Origin: Kudoa neothunni
Taxonomy: Eukaryota > Animalia > Cnidaria
DNA length: 64,000 nucleotides
NCBI GenBank assembly: GCA_964304625.1
Contig: OZ199838.1
Coordinates: 9,877,741-9,941,740 of the forward strand
Direction: 5' to 3'
Both the position numbers and the translations under genes were made by a program. Position 1 is the first letter of the stretch; the number at the start of each line of letters is the position of its first letter. The notes under the pieces were generated by a model that ran no database searches, was not told where the DNA came from, and worked only from the letters and a program-made list of their open reading frames with translations. Shown here one piece after another: positions 25,776 to 38,586 of the stretch.

Positions 25776-28700
25776 ATGGTCGGACTGCGTCAACAAAAAT
25801 CTATCGACCCTTATAAATTTTTGACAGAACTTCGAGAGGTTTCTTCTATCCACAAATTGGATAGTTTACTGTTAAAAAATGATCTAATCTACAAACAACC
25901 TGATTCTCTAAAGTCTTTCGCTGATGGTAATGGAATTCAAGAATTACTGTGCAAATATTTCGTTGTCACTGAAAAATCATGGAGAAAATCATTATCTATA
26001 AATATTTTGAATTTCTTAATCAATACAACGTATAAGGATGATTTGATTCGACAACGAGTAAATATATTGGAATGCTTCAACAAATTTTTATTTGTCATAG
26101 GTACAGGAAAGCGAACAACACTTAAAGATATTGGGTAAGTACCTTATTGATGGTTAATTAGGCAGAGGTTTATAAAATTGTTAATTTTTAACATGTGAAA
26201 AGCATTTTGGTTTGCTCTCTGTTTGAGAATCGCCAACCACCAGTCTTAAAGTCCGACTTTGAATTTCAGAATTATCGAGGATAGTTTTCGTACATTTAAT
26301 TCCGGATTTTTATGTCTCCATTGTTTCATGATTGATTAATAACTTTCAAAAAAGCGATAATCTAATATAGCCTTTATGGAAATAGCTCTTTCTAGTAAAT
26401 TAAAGCTAAATACAAATTGATATCGTTCACAATAGTATTAATTTTATCGAGGAATGAAAGTAGCATACAATCTAAAAAGTAACTAATGGAAATGAAATCT
26501 ATAAAGATGCTATGAAGTAATTAATTAATGGACAAAGATTTATCACGTGTATTCCTAGGGTGCGTAAGGAATTAGAATTTATTGAAGTGGATATGTTGAT
26601 GTAGAGGTAACTTGTCAATTAGAGCTGCGAGAATTTGCCATTATATAATACAGGGGAAAATTAAAAAATTAGTTTGACACTTTTTACTTGAATAATTTTG
26701 CGAAAATTAGTTCGAATTTATTTTCCCCGTTTTCTTCCTGTTGCATTTGGGGATTTTATAATTAAAAATATAAAGTCAATAAGAATATTTATAAGTAACA
26801 TTTTTACATTTATTTAAAGAGAAAATAATTAAATTAGAGTTACAAATAGATTAATCTATTATATAAAGCAAACCGGTAATTCGTGTGTGTGTGTCAGTGT
26901 GTACGCATTTTTCATTGTTGATAGAGAGACATATCGCTCCATTTGAGCACACACGTGGAAAGATAAAATTTTATTTTAACACAGAAAAATACGTAAAAAA
27001 TTATAAAAGGTTTGCATCCTGCAAAATGACTAAAAATATTTTCACGTGATATGAGTTGCATTATTTCAGGATTTATGCAAACATGTAGGTCATTTCATTA
27101 AGGTTATAAAAAATTAATTTTAAATGTACCATATTGTTTATTTTAAAATTATTGAAAAGTAATTTAGTAATTGAAATAGTTCAAATAAGGAAGGAAATAT
27201 TAGGTTATGTATCCAAGCATTAATATGGAATTCATTTGTTGATGTTTAACAAGATTAGTCCAATTCATGTGGTATGATTTAGAGATTAATCATACCACAA
27301 GGAGAAAATCGATATTTTAGGAGCTTTAAATAGGAAATTCAAACGTTCAGTAGTGTTTATTCGTTTTTAAAAATATTAAATAAGGTTCATGCTTCCAATG
27401 AGTTAAATAAATCACCAGTTAATTGGGTAATATTTGTACTATTTATCTAAATACTCTGAATGTACTTTGAACTTCAAATGACCTTGGCCTACTCAAGGTT
27501 TTAGTCTGCGTGGCCAGGCAAGGAAGCCCGTGCGAAGGGGGGCTTTTGCGCTAATTAACTACAGTTAAATTCAGAAAAAAAGGTTTTGTGACGAATTTAT
27601 TCATTAATTTGAGCTAAAATTTAATTTAGATAAATTGTTCTATGTTGAGATGTAAAAATAAATTGTAAGTAATCATCTATAACAAGGTTTTAGGCGTCGT
27701 TTTCTTTTTATTTTTTTCTGACCTTAAAAATTTAACATGATATTCATTAGACCATGCGTAGGAGGTGTGGCGAAAGTTTATGTGCCTCATAAGGGATGAG
27801 AACTTGATTATAAGTCGAAAGGCACTACTTTAAAATATGTTAGAATTTTTTTAATCGTTCTAAAGAACCTCTTTTAAATAAAAATTTTATAGGATCTAAT
27901 TTTCTGTATTTAACTTCATCCGATCATTCACCTCATGGCCAAGAGCTGTAGGATAAGGCAGTGGCTATTGTCATGGATCCATTTAATCCCCTCTCGGGAC
28001 TGGCTATTCTCATGGAAATGAATAACTCCTCCGTTATAGGCGATATTTCAAATCTGACTTCATATTTGAATTGAGCTATTTTTAATCTAATTTTTTATGT
28101 AAAGATTGTTTGAAATTTGAAGAATAAAAATTCAACACTTTGTCTGTCCTATTTACACTGTTCACTAGTAGTACACTCACGTTTTTGAGGCTAATATTAT
28201 GTAATATAAACATTATAATTGAAACGAAAAGTAAAAACATTTACTAATAAGTAGAAACTGTTCTGTTCGTGCATCCTTGTGTCACCCACCATGTCTGAAT
28301 ATGCGCTTGAATCCTATTTGGTTGTGGGCGTTCTATTTCGTGAGACTATTTCCAAATTTTAAAGAACCTTGAAATAACTGAAATCTGTAAAACAAGCTTG
28401 TATATTACATTAAATTTATTTGCTCAAACTTATACCTTTTATTAAAAAATAATATTGTACTGTTAAAATTTCAAATGTGGTTATTTTGGAGAAATTTTTT
28501 GGGCGGACAGCTAAACAACCATAGCTAGTGGATAAGTTGATCAATTCTTCATTGGAGTCAAAATTGATTTTTCTGAACTATAAAAATTACACATCTCTCA
28601 GTATCAGGAAACAAAACAAATGTTTACAATCTTAAAATGAAATTTTTCAGAACAATTCAAAATGCTCAAGGACGAATTAGCCGTTATTTTAACTCCAACA

Positions 28701-31700
28701 TTGTTTATTATAATACTTACTACATTTCTTCGTTGGCTCGCTTTACAATAGCCAAACAAACATACCCTAAAAATCACCATTCAAAAATTTTCATTTTATA
28801 AATTTGCCCATTGAGACGATACCAGAGGAATTAATGCAGAAAATTTAGATTCACCCTGCTTGTTAAAAATTGACAAATGAGTTTAAATTAACAAGTATAG
28901 GTTTACTCTTAAATTTAAACTCATAGGTTCCTGTATTTATAGGTTCTGTATTCACGAATAGGCACCATGAACACCTTTCTCGTACTTCTGATTAAAGTAA
29001 TTACATTTGTAGGGATAAAACAACGAAAATTCCCCGAAATTATGGTACCATCTTATAGATACATATGAAAAGTGGTTTACATCGTTTAAAAATAGTTCGA
29101 ATCCAATTAATATCCATTAATTAACGATAATTTTGTTAAATTTATATTAAAAAATGTTTAGATAGAAACGTACGTGTTTCGTAAATGATTGGAGATGACT
29201 TATTCTAAGTTAAACTGCATGCGTTGAGACGTATTAAACTAAAAGTTTCTAACCACGATTAGATATGTTTACATTTCATTTCAATTATAATGTTTATATT
29301 ACATAATATTAGCCTCAAAAAAAGTGAGTGTACTACTAGTGAACAGTGTAAATAGGACAGACAAAGTGTTGAATTTTCATTCTTCAAATTTCAAACAATC
29401 TTTACGTAAAAAATTAGATTAAAAATAGCTCAATTCAAATATGAAGTCAGATTTGAAATATCGCCTATAACGGAGGAGTTATTCATTTCCATGAGAATGG
29501 CCACTGTCGTAGGATAATAATGGCATTGTTGGAAAAGGGGGCTCAATCGAACGAAATTGCATTTTTAACAATATACGAGTCAGAAACATATTGATTTTAT
29601 TGATAAAATTAGATATTGTTAGCAATTCTCTAATATTTAAGAATCTAGCTGTCGACATCGGATCAACTGTTTGGACAAGGTAATTTACTCTTAAAGCTAT
29701 TCGTATCTTTAAAACCTTATCTTTTGTCAGCTTTTTGTTATTAAAATGGTAGAAAATTTCTCTAGGGCTCATAAAATATTTATTAATACAATACAAAATT
29801 TTTTTAATTTTGTCGTTGGGGACTTATAGAGCTTTTAGTAATTGCATCTATGAAATACTATTTTATTTGAATTTAAAAGATATTCTTTTATGTATGTACG
29901 TATAATTTGAAAATAATCCATTATCCATTCAAGAGTAACATGGGTAGAAGAATATATGATCTCATCAGTAAATGTTTATTTTTCTAAAAAACAGCTAGAA
30001 ATAAAAAGAAACATTCTATTTTTATAGTTAAAACAATTTATTCACTGAACTTTATTTATTATTTCAGCTGTTCATGAAATTATAAGTTAAGGTACTTTTT
30101 TATCTCAAAAATAATCAGTAGAACAAATAAATTTCGAGTTTTTTATTTATTTCTCTTTTTTAAAGGGGTTTTAGTAAAAAATGTAATCATTTCCATAATA
30201 TCTGAAAAAATTTATATAAACAAAAAATAAATTAATTCTATTTCCTAAAGAGTTAAAAGTTATTAAATATTCGATAAATTAAGGGTGCTAAATAATCAAA
30301 AAATTTCCACCTAAGAATGGTTTTATAGAATTAAAATGTTGTATTATTTAAAATTATTTCTACGCCTTTTTAACATATAACGTTCAACCGGAAATTCTCT
30401 TCAATAAGAAGATTAATTGATTTTGATTATTTTACATTTTAAAAGATTGTTTAACAAAATTGGTGAAACTTTTCGTATTATTATGCTCTAATGAAAATAT
30501 TAAAACAGGTTATATAGAGATATTAATGAAAAACAAAAATAATGCGTAAAGGGCTTTAAAATGGGAATCATAGGTCTCAACTAACGGTGAGACGCTACGA
30601 ATTCCATGGCATTTAATATAAGATACATATTAATAAATAATACTATTTTAATATTTGCCTGATTTTTAATCAGAGATATTCTTTTTTATTGTTTATAAAA
30701 GGAATTTTCGAAATAGGGAGCAAACTTGAGTAATATGAATGAGGAACAACTAATAAAACTTATTGTGCTTAAATGGGAAATATAATCAAGGAAATGAGCA
30801 GACCCACTAATAATTCCATTTAGAGGATCATGTTTATTCGTCACAGAATCCGATTCTCTATCGAAAATATTGCAAAATGGTAGCTAATACCTTTTCCGGT
30901 CTATCAAAAGATAGTGAATTTAAAGTTGGCAGTTTTGTGGAACGATACTTTAAACTAACTGTCAACATCATCAGACCAGACTATATTAATCAGTCAGTAT
31001 CTCTGAATAATATGTATTTACATGAGTTATTTGTTTCGTGGATAAAACTTTTGGTGTATAACAAAGATTGTTTGGCAATATTGGCGGAAGTTTTAGATTT
31101 TTCTAAATTCAGCTTTCTCAGCAACTTCCACGAATTGCACGTAGATATTTATCGCTATTTGGTCAAATTAATGAAAACTATCTTTAATCAAGTTTTATTT
31201 GGCTCGCTTGATTTTATTTTGAAGATGAACTTAATTCCGTTTGCCGTGAGCTGTGTTGGGTCAAATCCCAACTGCTCCAATCATCAATATGTTCGACACA
31301 CGGTTTGCTGTGGAGATGATAAATGCACACTAGCTTTACCCGTTTTGGGTATTATAATCAAGTTTTCGAGGGTTCGTGCCACTTTCTGGCATTATTATCA
31401 TCCTGAAATTGGCATTCTACTAAAAGACTTCCTCAATATGTGGTGTAAATTTGGATCGTGTAAAGATTGCCCTCCTTCACCAATTGAAAATATTACTGCT
31501 TCAGTCTATTTAATTTTGGTTTGTATTTGTTATTGGAGCGAATCTGAAAGCGTTCGGCGTATTCTCATAAAATGTTCAACTGTTGAAACTATCGTTCGAT
31601 GCCTCACCATGGCTACTATGCCAATTAAACACAGATACCTCATAATAAAAATTATCTACCAGTATCCATATGAGTCTGATGTGCTACCTCTATTTGCTAA

Positions 31701-33833
31701 AAACAAATATCTCGACAATCTGGGCCTAGTTATAGAGGACGTTGTTAAAATTTTAAAAATAGACGACCCATTAATTCACGATTTCTCATTATATACCTCG
31801 GAATATGTAAGTTTATTGTCAATAAATATCTTACTGCTCCTAAATAGATCAATATCTAAAGTTATTTAATTAATTAATTACAATAAAATATTCTGTGTAT
31901 AAGTGTGTTTTTTAGAGCGCTCCAACAACTAGCTCCGTACAGTACAGCTCTGATAATCAAACAAAAGCTGTCTGTGGCGAACTACAAACTATTCATCATA
32001 TGCCGCCTGTTGCATCATTCGAACTCAGGATGAATACCAGAAAACGTCATCTCGGTACCTAAGCAATATTGTTAGGATGGTTCAACCTCGTTTAGGTGCT
32101 AATTTTGATCTTCTAAGTGATGATGAAGATTCTTCGATTAGATTTTCCGATGATAAATTAAAATATTTTTTTATTTTGGAACAGATTTGTACATGGTTAT
32201 ATAAGATCCTCGTAAAGAAAAATTATGAGCCATTTTTAGTGTGTGGCAATTTGTTGAGGGCATTTGTTGGAAATATAACTTTATCAGACAGATCACGTTA
32301 CGAATTCGTTATAAAAAGTCAGCGTTTCCTCCAACAAATTATCGAGAATAGGTTTACATTTCGTATTAGTATTCTTAAAGGACTTCCTTATCTGGTTGCA
32401 TACAGTTGTCTATATCCTAGCTATATTGACATCTCATCAATTCCTAGTTTGTTCTCAAAAACTGTTCTTGATAATTTTTATGGTGATGAAGATAAACCGC
32501 TGAATTCAGCCTTTTTTAATTTCACCGGAAATATAACTCACTTGCTACCTAAACTCGAAAAATTTCCACCTGCCGCATATGCTGACGTGACATCTTGCGA
32601 TAGACATAGCAAACGAAAACTGTTTCTAGGTTTATATTCTAAGACGGCACAAATGCACAAATTTACGAATGCTTTTAAAGATTTGATAGATCAAGCTCGT
32701 GAACCCCATCATATTTTCAATGTATGTTCATCGGTTCCTCTATTGTACTATAAGAACCTAAATTGTTTCACCTACAATCAGCTGAAAAAAGTTTTACGCT
32801 CAATAATCCATCATATGTCGGATAAACACGTCTCCGTCTATGATTTTACTGCGTCTTTGTTGAGCTTAAGCTTTTTCTTTGCTAAAAGAACACTGAATGA
32901 GGATTTAGCCGTGACTATTTTAAAAAATGCTTCCGGAAGCTTAACAGTAGAGTATGTGTTACGGTGTTGATGTTCGAGATTGTGTTGTTTATCCTGAATA
33001 TTTTTAGGGCTGTCGAGCCACCTACGGTCACTATTGAAGAACTTAACTCTTTAGCTCCTGGAAATTTGGCCACTGTTCATATCGCTTATCGACATTCTTC
33101 GCAATCTCCGTCCAGTACCCCTGTTGATGAGCCCCACGAACACGATATAATTGGAAGGATTACTGTTATCAAAGAATATCTTCTTAAATCATCCTTGTTA
33201 TTTCGAACACTTTTCCTATCTGCCCCAACTTGTTTTTATAAACCTCTGTACATTTCCATTGAACCACTGCCCACTGATGACACAAGAAACGCCAAAACAT
33301 GCCCTAGTCGTCAGTTAGATATTATTTCCCAGTTCTTGCATTTGTTGTGCGGTTGTCAGTTTGGGTCAACAAAATGCCATGTGGGCTCTTGTGCATTCAC
33401 CGCCATTTATGCAAATTACCAGTCTTATGTTCCTTCTATATTCAGAAATTCCATTCAATCTCTACTCATCGATAGCCCACTTAATGCATACACTTTATTG
33501 CTACATATTTTTATTTTGTGTGACAAATATATGTGTGACAATGAAATTGTTGATCGGCTTGTAATAGAGCATTTTACATCTCTCGATTTTTGTTGTTGGT
33601 TATTCAGCGACCCAATTAATTTCCTATTTATTTACTGTAATGTTGTCAACATGAGTATAACCTCTTTGCAACAACTTCTTTTGTATTATTTGTTAACTTG
33701 TGGATGCAGCATCACACTAAGAATGAAGTTAATTACTTTTATCGTACATGGTCCTCTTAGAAAACAATTCTTCGATCAACTTACTGTTCTCATGGAATTT
33801 ATGGCTAAATATCGAAGCGATAATAACTGGTAA
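25776..33833 (+). CDS. Armadillo-repeat + C-terminal BTB protein, ARMC5-like; first exon separated by a ~4.7 kb TE-filled intron
   Basis: Helical-repeat exons (30824-31806, 31916-~32951, ~33008-33833) joined by short GT-AG introns. C-terminal KEYLLKSSLLFRTLF...FLHLLCGC...LCDKY resembles the ARMC5 BTB region. Joining exon 25776-26100 to acceptor 30823 is phase-compatible but inferred. Confidence 0.55.
26855..27554 (+). mobile_element. Non-autonomous Helitron (700 bp)
   Basis: A|TCTATTATATAAAG...(GT)n 5' end; 3' hairpin AAGCCC...GGGCTT followed by TTGCGCTAA|T. Inserted between A and T with no TSD. Confidence 0.75.
27957..29508. mobile_element. Non-autonomous long-TIR (foldback) DNA transposon, MULE- or Merlin-type
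   Basis: About 225-bp near-identical inverted repeats (28002-28224 vs 29279-29502). Perfect 9-bp TSD GTAGGATAA at 27948-27956 and 29509-29517. No ORF inside. Confidence 0.9.
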
Positions 33834-34785
33834 ATTATGCATTCAAAATTTTGTTAATATTAAACGATTTTTACAAAATTACAATCGGAAAATATCGATG
33901 TAACTTAGACTTGATTTTAATGCATTTTTCTTGTCTAAATCCACTGATTTCCTTTATTTTTTCCGTATTATATTTTAGGTTTTTGACTATGACTGATTTC
34001 GAATAAAATTTAGAATACAATGTGAACATCTCTGTGTATAGTGTGTATGAATCGATGACAATTCCCGAAATAGACCAACCTGGACGTCGATCTAATTTAT
34101 TTTGTATTATTACTAACAGCAAATATAATGTAATGGATTCATAGATTTTTATTTACTTTATGTAGTTTAAATCCTTTTTGCGTGATAGACCGTTATTTTA
34201 TTTGTTCGAATCATTATATTTTGTGGGGTTTATTATTCTCATCTTTTTGCGCAACCTTTGTAATATTAGACTGTTGTAGATTTCGGCCTGGGACGATTAT
34301 GCATATCTCAATAATATTAAAACAAAGAGGGAAAATAAAGTTTAATTATATAAACTACTATTCAAATCAACGATAAAGAATTATACTTACAATAACAATA
34401 TAGGTATATATACTCGTTCTTGAAAAAAATACTACTTAGAAATGTACTCATGAAAAACTCTCGTTTCTTATTTCCGATTCAAAGATTTATTATTTCGATC
34501 TTGTGGAAATTAGATATCGTTTTTATAAATGAGTTGGGGTTAACTTATTCAAAATAAACGCTAATTCTGAGTCTGCGATTTTGCAGCATTTATTTCGCGT
34601 TTCATTTTAATTTAATAAATCTAACGATTTAGAATGTGAGCATAAACAAATAGGGAAATAATACTACAGTCGGGTCTTGATAATGCGTAATTTGTCAAAT
34701 AATGTAGATACAATAATGGATCGGCTGTACGTAATCTCCTTGGGATGGGGAAATGATACGTACTAACGGTCCCGGACGGATAATA

Positions 34786-36136
34786 CAGTATTTCACGACC
34801 AAGATACAAGCTATTCCAATCAAGATGCAAACATGGCGCGCGCTCATCAGTTTTTAAGAATTAGGATTCAGATATGCCTGTTGGACTAGAAATTATTAAT
34901 AAAATCAGAAGAAAGTACGAAATTGTAAATAAGAAAGATAGGGAAGAGATTTTCCAACAACTCCAAGCATTCATATTTTGATATAATTTCTAAAGCAATT
35001 CAGAATGGGAAGACCACCGTCAAATATCTGAGTCCCTGGGCATTCACAAGTCTACGATAAGTAGAACTGTCAAAAAGATAAATGTAGCGGGATCAGAAGA
35101 AAGATGGGCAACAGGTGGAGATCGCCATTCATTATTGAACAATGGTCAAAAACAATTTATTATTAATGAGGTGGATGACAACTGTATGCTATCCCTTAAA
35201 TAATTATCTGAAAAGGTCTTCGAGAAATACTCCATTCGAGCTTCTCTATAAACCTTCTTCAGGGTTCTGAATGAATTTCACTATACGCTGAAAAAATATC
35301 ATTAATGCCAATGGACAGGAATTCCCTTAGAACTATTTCATTAAGATACGAGTATAAAATTAATTCTTATAATTGGCTCGTAATTTTCTTAGTTATGTGA
35401 ACAAATACATCCGCCTGGAACCAGAATATTCTAAATTTCTATTTATTGACGAATCTGAATTTTCTCTGTCAACTCGACACGTTCTCAAGGCAGATCACTT
35501 ACGGGAGTTAGAGAAAACTTAAAAGCGAAATCTATTAGATCCCAAATATTACGTTAATAGCAGCCATGAGCAGTAAAAAGATTTGGGGATTTAGAATTCA
35601 CACCGGCGATGTGAACCAATTTGTTTTTTCCTCATTTTTAACGGATCTTTTCGAAAATTTGGAAGCATATTCAATAGAAAAAGCCATTTCAATAATGAAT
35701 AATGTCACATTCCACAAAACTGAAAGTGTAAAAGCATTGATTGAAAAAAGCACCCATAAATTGTTGCAGTTACCACCTCGTTCGCCATTCCCTAATCTAA
35801 TTTAGGAGGTATTTGGACAACTTAAATCCATTGTGAAATGGATGGAACCCAAAACACATTCAGAGCTACTCGAACGTATCAGAAAAAGCCCAGAAGAAAG
35901 AGCAGAAGCGGATTGTGCGAACTACGTGAAGCATTCGAAATCTTATTTTTCGGCGTCTTTGCATAAGGAGGAAATTAACAATTAGAAACAAAGAAATATA
36001 TATGATTCAACTTTATAACATCTTCTGTTACTTCAGCGTTACAATGCTTTTTTTAAATTTTAATTGACGTTTTTAAAAGAAAGTTTAACATTTTAATAGA
36101 TTTGCGCCAAGTTTGTATCTTGGTCGTGAAATACTG
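34786..36136 (+). mobile_element. Tc1/mariner-IS630-like transposon with pseudogenised transposase
   Basis: TIR CAGTATTTCACGACCAAGATACAA at both ends with TA target duplication. Fragments FLFIDESEF, IMNNVTFHK, LPPRSPFPNLI*E. Confidence 0.92.
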
Positions 36137-36460
36137 TACGTACTTTTTGTGCAAACGCACAAAAAGAGTTAACTTAAATATTACTAGAAACAGCTATTTT
36201 TTGTTTAAAATTACGACATAAAATTGAATAAAAATCCGAAATATAATCAGATATTAACTCTATTTCTTCGAGCCACGACGTGTAAAATAGTTGGCAAGCT
36301 CTTCCAAATATAAAAAGACCATCGTTGAAAGGTTCAATTTTGTTATGAATCAAATTATCTTCCGTTTCTGAATCTTTGGGGAGGGGCTGCCATGGCGTTA
36401 TTGTTATCATTATGAATTAGAGAGGACACCATTATAAACCACATTACTATGTGTCTACCG

Positions 36461-36672
36461 CAATGTTTCCCAATCTTTTTTGTGATGTTAGTCGTCACTT
36501 AAAAATTAGCGATATTGATTTCCAAATATTTCATACTGCCAAATTATATCATCATTATCCGTGTCACACCAATACTCAGGATTTTCCGTGTCCCGCCAGG
36601 GCGATTCATTAAACGTTTAAAAATTTCCATGTCCCCCAAAAATGTTGTCGGGTCCCACGTCGGATAACACTG
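36461..36672. mobile_element. hAT-type MITE, short copy
   Basis: CAATGTTTCCCAA...ATAACACTG termini; 8-bp TSD GTCTACCG/GTCTACAG (7/8); internal sequence shared with 61637-62370. Confidence 0.75.
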
Positions 36673-37299
36673 GTCTACAGCATGTGTCTATGTTTATCCT
36701 TCATTTTTTAACTAGTTGTCACATTGAGGTAATTATAAAAATTACTAATTGTTTAACTGTGGTAGAAAAAAGAAAGAAAATGCTAAATTAAATCGCTCGG
36801 TCAAAGCAAAGAAGTACGACCAATTCTCTCATGACTTTTTATTTTTCGTTTTTTCATGGTATTTATGCTTATAAATGATTTAGCGCGTGTAATTCTAACA
36901 CCATTTAATTTTTAACGTCGCTTAAATATGAACGGCCCCCTTAATATGTAAAATAACTAATGTACGTACGACCGGACCATTACGGTATCTAAACTTTGAG
37001 TGTTCAAACTCTCAAATAATGGCAAATATAAAATTGAACAAACCACTAACATGAGTGTACATGTACGAAATTTTATAGGAAGCAACGAGTACACATCACA
37101 TTAATTGTATAATTCATATTATTTGTATTCATTGCGATGGAGGTGATAAAACAACTCCAGAACTGCATAAAACATATTATGTATTGCATCTGCAATGCCA
37201 CTGACTAACATTGAATGTCTTAGTCAGTCATAAGTTAATATTTAGTGTGCAGTCTTCATCTTGAATTGGAATTACGCGAACTCTGATTATAGAACTAGG

Positions 37300-37620
37300 T
37301 GTATCTTTTGGAAGGGTTTGAGCATATATTGAAAATTCTTTAAAAATTTTGATCTAATAATGTTCTTTTATCTCATTTGGAAGTGCAATTGAATCGTGCT
37401 CTCGAATGACAACGCTTCTAAGTAGCCCCTGCTAATTTCAGTGGCATTTGAAGACAATAGGGTCATCACATCAAATGATTTTAAGCATTCAACCAAAATT
37501 TTTATATGGTATATCTAACACAAATTATTTATTTAAGCTTGTTGAAACGTCATAAAACTCAATTTGTGTTCCTGAACGACACAAACAATCTCGGTGTTTG
37601 AAAATCCCCATGATCAGAAT
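37300..37620 (-). mobile_element. Possible decayed Penelope-like RT fragment
   Basis: Minus-strand TPRLF... followed by ECLKSFDVMTL resembles Penelope PRxYGLPK and SFDVxSL motifs. Very degenerate. Confidence 0.25.
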
Positions 37621-37895
37621 TAAACAAAGTTAAGACTTGAAACAACATGGATATGATAATTAAAGCATTATCACTTAAAATCGCTCCTTTAATAGACATC
37701 ATATTACTTGAATACTCAGCTTAGATTACTCACTTAAAAATACATACAATTTCTAATTCTCACTTGATCTAACATCTCTTAATGTGTGGGTGGAATTCTA
37801 AATTAACATCAATAATCTTCTTATTTTGCTATCACAGATTCTAACTGTTTACATTATAAGAATGATCTGGTACTTTATTAAAGATGTTTTTTCAT

Positions 37896-37916
37896 AAATA
37901 AATAAATAAATAAATA
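37896..37916. repeat. (AAAT)n microsatellite
   Basis: Visible tandem run. Confidence 0.8.
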
Positions 37917-38586
37917 AGGAAAAATCCATTTTTATGATAAATACTTCAAAAAAAATATTTTCTGCTCATTCCAACCAATAAATTGACCTCCGTAACGAGA
38001 AATATCAATACAGATTCTTCCAAAATAACGAAATGAACCCAAAAATAGGCATAGTAAATGAAAATCATTTCCTCGATTAATGTGCATTGGAATATTGGAT
38101 TAAAGGATTATTTAACCGCCAAAATAAAATCCCTTTGTGAAGTCAATGGCATTCTACTGAGAAAACAAATACTTTATCTTGTGTTGTGTTTGAGTCATTA
38201 TTTAAATAAATGAACAAACACACACATCAGTAAATAACGATACACAGTTATATATTTTATACTAAATAAAAAGAGGGCAATTTTCACCAATTGAATTCAA
38301 AAACGCAAAGCCAACAACCTATCATAATTGAATAAACCCGATTTACACACAACATTTAAGTCCGGGTGTTAGAAGATAAATCAATAACACCTCTTCAACC
38401 ATAAATTTACCTATCACGCAATAAACAATTGATTCCCTTAACTAATTATTTCATTGGGATATACAGTTCTATTAGAACATTGAATATTTTTAATATTGGC
38501 TAATTCGATCCAATAACCACTACGAGTGATCATACAGGCGACACTTCGTCATCGGCCATTATCGGACGTCAATAAACAGTGTCACA

